DNA from: a virus
Lineage: Duplodnaviria; Caudoviricetes
Length of the DNA stretch: 36,470 nt
IMG/VR virus record: IMGVR_UViG_3300042517_000526
Location: 1-36,470 of that record
Direction: 5' to 3' (one strand)
Shown: positions 15,102-21,326 of the stretch, piece by piece
Layout: every line of letters starts with the position of its first letter
How positions within the stretch are numbered: the first letter of the stretch is position 1
Notes under the pieces: model-generated
What the model was told of the DNA's origin: nothing
Databases searched by the model: none
The model's input: the letters and a program-made list of their open reading frames with translations, nothing else
Position numbers and translations under genes: made by a program

Positions 15102-15263
15102 CTAGCTTTGCTCTCCCGATGCTTTTGCAAGCAGTTGAGTAATGAGCTGGGAAAGCGAAATACGACGGAGAGCGGCCAGTTTTTGAGATGCTTTTTTCAC
15201 AGCAACAGGCAGAACGATGTTGGTCTTTTCCGCTTTAAAACCGTTGAGTGGACGACGAGGCAT
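15102..15263 (-). CDS. Ribbon-helix-helix regulator, 53 aa (not in ORF track)
   Basis: MPRRPLNGFKAEKTNIVLPVAVKKASQKLAALRRISLSQLITQLLAKASGEQS. Confidence 0.8.
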   Translation of the reverse strand: MPRRPLNGFKAEKTNIVLPVAVKKASQKLAALRRISLSQLITQLLAKASGEQS

Positions 15264-15368
15264 ACGCCTTTGCTACGCACACACGGCGTATTAGCAACAC
15301 ATTTCTTTTGGGCATTAACTTTTCGTTTTAAACTTGAATGCGTATTTATTACGCATACAATACTCACT
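15264..15368. promoter_or_regulatory. Divergent promoter/operator region
   Basis: TTGAAT-N16-TACAAT (15334-15361) overlapped by ATGCGTA-N5-TACGCAT (15338-15356); more TACGC/GCGTA half-sites at 15263-15290. Confidence 0.7.
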
Positions 15369-15512
15369 ATGAAAAAGGCGAAAACGAACCTTACAATCGA
15401 CCCAAAAGTAAAGCGCAACGGTGAGCGTCTTGCCAAAAAAAGTGGATTATCCCTTTCGGCATATATCACCACTCTGCTGGTTAAAGAGCTGGCCAAAGAA
15501 AATAGACGTTAG
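15369..15512 (+). CDS. Ribbon-helix-helix regulator, 47 aa (candidate repressor)
   Basis: MKKAKTNLTIDPKVKRNGERLAKKSGLSLSAYITTLLVKELAKENRR; leaderless after the -10 box. Confidence 0.82.
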   Translation: MKKAKTNLTIDPKVKRNGERLAKKSGLSLSAYITTLLVKELAKENRR

Positions 15513-15805
15513 TTTTTGGGCGATTTGCCTGTGGTCAGCCTATAAAAAGGCGTTAGGCGGGAATAGCTACGACGCGGGCCATACTTGTTTTTATTAGCTG
15601 TATCTACCATGACTGAAAACTTCTTTATCTCGGCTCTGCCGTTTCGCGCCATCGTGTTCAGCATCTTACTGGCGTGCGACTGCGTGTAGCCCCATATTTT
15701 AGCAATCTCAGCGGCACTCTTAAACTCAGGCGGAACAGCTACTGCTTTGCGCTCGACGAACTCCTCAAGCGCAACCGCCCAATCTTTTACAGCGGATACC
15801 GCCAT
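15509..15805 (-). CDS. Winged-HTH protein
   Basis: KSAAEIAKIWGYTQSHASKMLNTMARNG; GGGAGGAG RBS before ATG 15805. Confidence 0.7.
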   Translation of the reverse strand: MAVSAVKDWAVALEEFVERKAVAVPPEFKSAAEIAKIWGYTQSHASKMLNTMARNGRAEIKKFSVMVDTANKNKYGPRRSYSRLTPFYRLTTGKSPKN

Positions 15806-16533
15806 ACTCCTCCCACGGGCGACAAGACGTTGACCGTGCACCCCTGCCCGCCCTCAACATATTCGCCCCAAGCGACGCCGTGCTGCCATCTGGTAACGGA
15901 TCGCATTCTCCTAGCGTAGTGCATGCTGGAAATATCTGCTAGGCAACCTATCGACCAGCCCACGGGTGCGCCGATGCTACGGCCAGCCGTCCGATCTACC
16001 CGGTGCAGATGCCCCATGACGACCGGCTTGCGTAGCATTTCAACGTGGTCGCGTACAGCGCTGGACTCTGAATACATAAAACCGTGCCCAAACGCTGTAC
16101 CCCCTAGGATACGCCAGCCTTTCTCAATATCATAAGGCACATACTGCGCCTTTAGATCCTTGCACATATTGTAGATCTCCGACTTCGCAGAGGTGCAACA
16201 GTGCGCCACGATTGCGCTAGGCGAGTATTGTAGAGCTGTAAGGCGGTGCTCATGGTTTCCCTCAAAGATGTAACGTGGTGCCAGTTCTCGAACGAAATTA
16301 AGGCCAGCGTCGAAGTCCTCTCGGATGGATGATGTGCGTTCAGGCGAATCTGGATCTTTCCTCGCGCTGCCCATTAGCCCGGACAGATCGACAAAATCGC
16401 CCAGGTGGAGAGTCATGTCTGGATTCCACCGGCGTTTCATTTCCAGCGCAGCCTTGCAAGCAGCCGCGTTCGCCAGGTGTCCGTGACTGCAGCTAACGGC
16501 CAGCCACCGTTTCCACTTGCGAATGACTTTCAT
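15787..16533 (-). CDS. Calcineurin-like metallophosphoesterase
   Basis: SCSHG, HLGDFVD, EGNHE, GHG, MGHLHR. Confidence 0.9.
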   Translation of the reverse strand: MKVIRKWKRWLAVSCSHGHLANAAACKAALEMKRRWNPDMTLHLGDFVDLSGLMGSARKDPDSPERTSSIREDFDAGLNFVRELAPRYIFEGNHEHRLTALQYSPSAIVAHCCTSAKSEIYNMCKDLKAQYVPYDIEKGWRILGGTAFGHGFMYSESSAVRDHVEMLRKPVVMGHLHRVDRTAGRSIGAPVGWSIGCLADISSMHYARRMRSVTRWQHGVAWGEYVEGGQGCTVNVLSPVGGVWRYPL

Positions 16534-16856
16534 TTCTTATCAGCGGCCGACGGGAACCCTTCGAGAACGGCTAGGATCTGACGGCAACTTTCCCGCGATT
16601 GTGCCGCCACCACGCTCTCGTCAGCCGCGCCCATCAGTGCAATCTCCGCGATCACGGAAAGCTGCATCTTTAATGTGTGATGGTACGTGCATAAATCCAA
16701 TATCTCGTCCCACGCATCCTTCCACACGGGCCTACGCCACAACGCTCCCCCGTGCTCGTCTTGCCCCTTGCGGTACTTGGCGTCTAAATCCCTGGTTAAA
16801 TCGCGCAGGATCCCCGCCAGATGCTTTTCGTGTTCGGGCGTCACCGTGAACTCCAC
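16530..16856 (-). CDS. Hypothetical protein, possibly all-alpha NTP-pyrophosphatase-like
   Basis: KYRKGQDEHG...DAWDEILDLCTY resembles an EExxD metal-binding helix. Confidence 0.45.
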   Translation of the reverse strand: MEFTVTPEHEKHLAGILRDLTRDLDAKYRKGQDEHGGALWRRPVWKDAWDEILDLCTYHHTLKMQLSVIAEIALMGAADESVVAAQSRESCRQILAVLEGFPSAADKK

Positions 16857-17359
16857 GGCCGGTTACTTACGAGGCTTGTGGCCTTGCTCTTTTTGCGGAT
16901 GTCCTTGGCCTGCACTTGTTCCACAGGCTTGCGTGAGATGTCACGCCACGACTTGTATTTGCTAGATTGAAGATGGCCTGTTTCCCAAGAGATTGCGGCC
17001 AGTTCAAAGCTAACGCCCACGTGCTCGCCCAGTCGGAAAGCTGTCTCGTTGTCCCAATCTGCGATCCATAGATCCGCGTTTTTGCCCGACTGTTTTAACG
17101 GCACCCAATCAAACGCGAGGCCGTAGTTGTGATAACTTTCGCCTGGCTTGGCCTTAGTCACGATCCTGCCGCCAGCCGTTCTACCTTTCGCATAAAGCGC
17201 GGCCTGCTCCTCCATCGTTCGGCGGCCGCAGTAGATCAGCGGCTCGATCCGGCTTGTGACCATTTCATTCACCCATCCCCTCACCTGTTTTTGGAAGCTG
17301 GCGTCTAGGGAATCGATCGCCCGCAAGGTGCGGGAACTAGCTTCCGCGAGGCTGGTCAC
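16841..17359 (-). CDS. Endolysin, M15 family L-Ala-D-Glu peptidase
   Basis: RTMEEQAALYAKGRT, VTKAKPGESYHNYGLAFD, ETGHLQ. Confidence 0.92.
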   Translation of the reverse strand: MTSLAEASSRTLRAIDSLDASFQKQVRGWVNEMVTSRIEPLIYCGRRTMEEQAALYAKGRTAGGRIVTKAKPGESYHNYGLAFDWVPLKQSGKNADLWIADWDNETAFRLGEHVGVSFELAAISWETGHLQSSKYKSWRDISRKPVEQVQAKDIRKKSKATSLVSNRPWSSR

Positions 17360-17607
17360 TGATTCCTTGCTCGCTCTCTTTCAACTTCCGCCAAGCAGTC
17401 AGATAACGCTTTGAGCGATTTTGCAAACAGATCTCGGTAAGCCTGTGGGCAGGGCTTGTTTGTTCGCTCGGCTTTGTCCCACTCGTAGATGAAGTAGCTG
17501 ATCGTGTCCGGGCTAGGCGGCGGGCCGTCTTGCGTTTGCGAGGTTGTCGCACAGGAGCACAGCGCAAGGCTAAGAATCAGCAGGAGGGCGTTTCGTCCAC
17601 CAATCAT
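17356..17607 (-). CDS. Lipoprotein, o-spanin (Rz1)-like
   Basis: Signal peptide with LCSC lipobox, Pro-rich linker; overlaps the upstream TM gene. Confidence 0.7.
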   Translation of the reverse strand: MIGGRNALLLILSLALCSCATTSQTQDGPPPSPDTISYFIYEWDKAERTNKPCPQAYRDLFAKSLKALSDCLAEVERERARNQ

Positions 17608-17740
17608 TTATATCCCTTTGCCTGTTTCGGCGTTCTTTTTCGATTGCTTCAAAGTTGCGCTGAAGCGGCGATTTGCGTTTTAAGAACCAGAGCACGATCC
17701 CGATTATCCCGCCTAACGCCGTTAGTATGCCGGCGATCAT
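17570..17740 (-). CDS. i-spanin (Rz)-like protein, 56 aa (not in ORF track)
   Basis: N-terminal TM MIAGILTALGGIIGIVLWFL followed by a charged helix. Confidence 0.6.
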   Translation of the reverse strand: MIAGILTALGGIIGIVLWFLKRKSPLQRNFEAIEKERRNRQRDINDWWTKRPPADS

Positions 17741-17746
17741 TTATGA

Positions 17747-17911
17747 CTATTTTCGCGAGAAGCGTGAAATCACGTCCACCACAGCCTGCAAGGCTTTCTC
17801 AGGCTGGTCGCCGGGGATAAGAGAGGCGACTGCGATGGCGGCGACAAGCACGGCCGACAAGGCGCCAAGATAAGACTGCCAGTTGGTTAGTATATTATTG
17901 ATAATTTCCAT
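17747..17911 (-). CDS. Holin-like membrane protein, 54 aa (not in ORF track)
   Basis: MEIINNILTNWQSYLGALSAVLVAAIAVASLIPGDQPEKALQAVVDVISRFSRK. Confidence 0.65.
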   Translation of the reverse strand: MEIINNILTNWQSYLGALSAVLVAAIAVASLIPGDQPEKALQAVVDVISRFSRK

Positions 17912-17924
17912 GCCCCTAGCGGGG

Positions 17925-17930
17925 TGTCAA
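17925..17930 (-). promoter_or_regulatory. TTGACA element 13 nt upstream of the holin-like ATG
   Basis: One of seven start-proximal copies. Confidence 0.55.
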
Positions 17931-18187
17931 AGGCTGAACCGGCGCTTGATCAGCTCCCAAGCCGTGCTTACCACTGCCCCAGATACAAGCGCCAATAGCC
18001 ACAGTTTCGTTTTAATCGTGTGAGCGTCGCGCTCCATGTTGGTTAGGCGGCCGTGGTATTCGCCGAGGCTGGCTTGCGAGCGCTCTAATAAATCCAGAAT
18101 TACCGACTGGCGGGTTTCGATCCGGGCTATTGATTCTCGAACTAGAGCCAGTCGTTCGCTCAACTCCGCTACTTGGTCTGCACTCAC
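17927..18187 (-). CDS. Coiled-coil protein with C-terminal TM (XhlA-like, lysis-associated)
   Basis: Heptad-rich region followed by LWLLALVSGAVVSTAW. Confidence 0.65.
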   Translation of the reverse strand: MSADQVAELSERLALVRESIARIETRQSVILDLLERSQASLGEYHGRLTNMERDAHTIKTKLWLLALVSGAVVSTAWELIKRRFSL

Positions 18188-18357
18188 TTCCACCAATCTG
18201 CTGAGTCGTTAGATACTAGCTTTGTGATGGCCTTTCTTGCTTCTAACAGGCTCGTAGTAAGATAGACCGCTGGCTTGCCGTCGATATAGCCTAGGGAGAT
18301 GAAGCCCTCGTCTAATAGATATTGCAGGGCTTTGCAGGCTTGTTCGTCTTTGCTCAT
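18184..18357 (-). CDS. Hypothetical protein, 57 aa (not in ORF track)
   Basis: MSKDEQACKALQYLLDEGFISLGYIDGKPAVYL...; coupled on both sides. Confidence 0.55.
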   Translation of the reverse strand: MSKDEQACKALQYLLDEGFISLGYIDGKPAVYLTTSLLEARKAITKLVSNDSADWWK

Positions 18358-18482
18358 TTGCTAGGCGCCTTACCCGCATCCTCGGCGGCAGACATATCGC
18401 TGTACCGTGGCAGGGCGTTGTTATGATCTACTGGCCTTGGCGAGCAGGAGCAGAGCATGAGTGCGATAAAAAACAGAGGCAT
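18354..18482 (-). CDS. 42-aa lipoprotein (not in ORF track)
   Basis: MPLFFIALMLCSC lipobox; TAATG and ATGA coupling. Confidence 0.55.
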   Translation of the reverse strand: MPLFFIALMLCSCSPRPVDHNNALPRYSDMSAAEDAGKAPSK

Positions 18483-19264
18483 TACGGCAATCCTAGCCCT
18501 TGGCCGAGGGTAGTTTTGTAGAGGGTATATAAATTTGTAAAGTTGGCATTCACGCTAGAAGATATATAATAAGTAAAAGCTATTGTGCCTGGAAAATTTA
18601 GCGGAGCCGCATCTATACTTCTTCTTCCAAATACGAGGGATGCACCTGTTCCCTGCATTGTTCCAGAACCAGCAACAGATTGAATCGTTTCGTTATTTCC
18701 TTGACCATAGAAATTTGTTCCATCGTGTGAAGTCTGACTAAAAGCAAAGTTTAATGTGTTTGTTCCATTTAAATCTAATCTGGTGGCGACTGTGCCACTT
18801 AAATTTGCCTCGAATCTGACTCTGCCTCCCGCCGCACTAGCATAGTATAAATCCATTTTTCTGTTTGTGAGATTATCTATTGAATATACAATATAATTAT
18901 CTGTTGGTGTTATTGCAATTTTTGAAACAAAACCGAAACTTGCCGCCCCATTGGGGATAACATACGCAGTAGTTATGCAGTCATTCACGCCATCAAACAC
19001 CACTCCATCCGTTCCCCAAGTCGGCCCATTAGCTAGCGTCCCATTATAAGTCCCCAACCCGCCCAAGCTATAGGCAGTTGTCCCCGTTCCGGCGTTCTGC
19101 GATGAACGCAAAGGCCAGCACACCATACTGCTCCAAAGGCCGAGGTCTTTTACGCCAGTAACAAATCGGCTGATCTGTTGTCGCCCAGCCGTGTTAGTGA
19201 CGCCAGCGGTGGTGAAGTATGTAGAGGCATCAGCATCGTAGGCGGGTTTGATGAGGATGCTCAT
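18482..19264 (-). CDS. Virion protein with LamG/ConA-like domain (putative receptor binding)
   Basis: NGTLANGPTW, FDGVND; beta-rich; AT-rich centre. Confidence 0.7.
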   Translation of the reverse strand: MSILIKPAYDADASTYFTTAGVTNTAGRQQISRFVTGVKDLGLWSSMVCWPLRSSQNAGTGTTAYSLGGLGTYNGTLANGPTWGTDGVVFDGVNDCITTAYVIPNGAASFGFVSKIAITPTDNYIVYSIDNLTNRKMDLYYASAAGGRVRFEANLSGTVATRLDLNGTNTLNFAFSQTSHDGTNFYGQGNNETIQSVAGSGTMQGTGASLVFGRRSIDAAPLNFPGTIAFTYYISSSVNANFTNLYTLYKTTLGQGLGLP

Positions 19265-19275
19265 TGGATGGGGAG

Positions 19276-19758
19276 CTACGCTATTTTAGAAAAGTTAATG
19301 TAACTACGATTCATTAGAGTGGCCGGATTGCTTGCATCTGTTGCAGTTCTTTGAGCAATCTTAAATCCAAAGGTTGTGTCTGATGTTACCTTAAGTACGC
19401 CTGCTAATCTTCCATATATAAACTTTGTGGACGCACTAGCATCTAAATTGAGAGATACAAAAAGCTGACTATTGGTATCTATTCTGGTAAATGAATTATT
19501 AAAAGTGTTAGAAAAATAACTACTTCCTTGATAAAGTGTATGGTTTGCATTAACAGCAAACCCACTAGCCATTGTTGAGTCAACGCTTACCCCGCCAGTT
19601 GAAGATACGGTTGAGCCACCAGTTAGTCCCTCATATATATATGTTCCGATTGGAAGCGTAATTTGCGTTGCAGAATTAACAAATGCAGTAGATGCCGCTT
19701 GCGTTTGCGTCTCATCAAACAAGGTGAAGAAACGCCTTGATGGGATAAACAAAGGCAT
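19276..19758 (-). CDS. Putative tail fibre tip / virion protein
   Basis: Beta-rich, Ser/Thr-rich, AT-rich ORF in the tail-fibre region. Confidence 0.55.
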   Translation of the reverse strand: MPLFIPSRRFFTLFDETQTQAASTAFVNSATQITLPIGTYIYEGLTGGSTVSSTGGVSVDSTMASGFAVNANHTLYQGSSYFSNTFNNSFTRIDTNSQLFVSLNLDASASTKFIYGRLAGVLKVTSDTTFGFKIAQRTATDASNPATLMNRSYINFSKIA

Positions 19759-19767
19759 CGCCTATTC

Positions 19768-20994
19768 CTAACTTACTTGGCAAACGCGTGCCGTGCCCGC
19801 CGTGGCAAACACGGCCGAGTGAAGTAGCGATAACTGCCCCTGCGGGCATTCCCAATAATCTCCCGCCGATAGGCGAACTTGGTAGGAAATCGTAGTGCAG
19901 GTCGCACCGGGCGAGATGTGTAGATTGCCAGCCCCTTCGTTAAACACGGTCAGCGATTCCCTCACCGCCACCGCCGAGACGAGCGTGGTGGAGGCCGTGG
20001 TGCTGGTAAAGTTTGTGTTAGATACTGTCGTGCCCTGCTGAGGATAAACATTGATTGGCGTACCACTCGTCACTCCCTGCACGGAAAGCACATCGATCGA
20101 AGGATTCCCAGCCGTACCCACTTCCGCATAGGTAACCGCAGTACCAGCGGGGTTAATCAGCCTTGCCGTGACGCTAGTGGCGAATGATCCGATGGTCACC
20201 GAATTGCCAACTGTGACGGAGGAGATGCTGATGGGAACAGTCCCGCTGATCGATGCGGTGACAGAGCCGATTTGGTTTGTGCCAGCTCCGAGGGTAACTG
20301 TTCCAGAGATTGAGGGAGCTGATTCTACCTTTACTTGTAAATATCCAGTTCCACCATCTAAACTTAACGCCGCTACATTTCCGAATCTTAAGCCGCCAGC
20401 AAGCAAAGCACCCGAGCCAACGCTAACACCAGAAAATCCTCCAACGGTTACCGTCCCGCTAATTACAGGAAGAGAAGAGATGGTGAGGCTGTTCCCGACT
20501 GTGACTGTGCCTGTAATCGTCCCAAAAGTAACAGTTGAATCGCTTGCATCCACCTTCATCGACCCGCCAGCCGAGACATGAACGATATGTTCTACTTGAT
20601 TAGAGCCGTCTTGGTGGCCTCCAATTTTAATAAAGTTTGTTGAAGTTGGCGTGCCTCCATCTGTGCCAACTGAATTATTCAGGCCAGTTATATTTGAAGC
20701 AGAGACAATCGCTTGGCCGAAGGTAACGGCTTGCGTGGCGGGAAGGTTTGAAATACTTACGGAAGAAAAGGTTACCGCTTGCGATGCCGGAAAGTTACTG
20801 ACGGTCACTGTCCCGGTAATTGCCGCCCCCACGGTCACGGTCACGTTCTCTAACGCACTCAGGCTGTTAGCGTCCAGTGCTACGGTGACGGTATTGGCCA
20901 CGGTAACGGTCGATGAAAGTGCCCCAGAAATAACGGGGGCGGATAGTGTAACGACAGTAGGCGTTTCGGTGATCTGAAGATAAATGTCGCTCAT
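19768..20994 (-). CDS. Tail fibre-like protein with Val/Thr/Ser repeats
   Basis: Repeated (I/V)SGTVT(V/L)G and VSNFPASQAVT motifs. Confidence 0.7.
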   Translation of the reverse strand: MSDIYLQITETPTVVTLSAPVISGALSSTVTVANTVTVALDANSLSALENVTVTVGAAITGTVTVSNFPASQAVTFSSVSISNLPATQAVTFGQAIVSASNITGLNNSVGTDGGTPTSTNFIKIGGHQDGSNQVEHIVHVSAGGSMKVDASDSTVTFGTITGTVTVGNSLTISSLPVISGTVTVGGFSGVSVGSGALLAGGLRFGNVAALSLDGGTGYLQVKVESAPSISGTVTLGAGTNQIGSVTASISGTVPISISSVTVGNSVTIGSFATSVTARLINPAGTAVTYAEVGTAGNPSIDVLSVQGVTSGTPINVYPQQGTTVSNTNFTSTTASTTLVSAVAVRESLTVFNEGAGNLHISPGATCTTISYQVRLSAGDYWECPQGQLSLLHSAVFATAGTARVCQVS

Positions 20995-21326
20995 GGTATT
21001 GTAATCCTTGGAGATAGTGTCACCACGCCTTCCAGTAACCGGGTGGCGATGCCAGCGCTAGTGACTTGGACTAGGTCATACTTCGCCCCGCTGGTAGGAA
21101 CGAGCAAGCTGGCGGCCGAGGTTACGGTAAGGCGCACTTGCCCGCCGGCCGCCGACACTACGCTGGTGGCAATCTGTGTAACTACCGTGCCCCCTGGCAT
21201 TTGACGGATCTGGGCGGAGAACGTCCGGCCCGTTAGATCAATCGCGCCTTGGGTGGCTGTGGCTAGGAATAGATCCCGCGTCCAGTCCGTCCCCTGCTCG
21301 ATCGTGATGTCGTAGGAGGCGGCCAT
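20991..21326 (-). CDS. BppU-like / Ig-fold tail accessory protein
   Basis: YDITIEQGTDW, IDLTGRTFSAQIR, YDLVQV, RLLEGVVTLSP; start at ATG 21326. Confidence 0.7.
   Translation of the reverse strand: MAASYDITIEQGTDWTRDLFLATATQGAIDLTGRTFSAQIRQMPGGTVVTQIATSVVSAAGGQVRLTVTSAASLLVPTSGAKYDLVQVTSAGIATRLLEGVVTLSPRITIP

Noticed and set aside
15108-15368. N-terminal extension of the 134-aa plus-strand ORF, and extensions of ORFs to 3561, 12028, 12567, 21413, 32587 and 33386
   Set aside because: They overlap neighbouring genes or promoters; downstream starts with coupling, RBS or promoter support fit better
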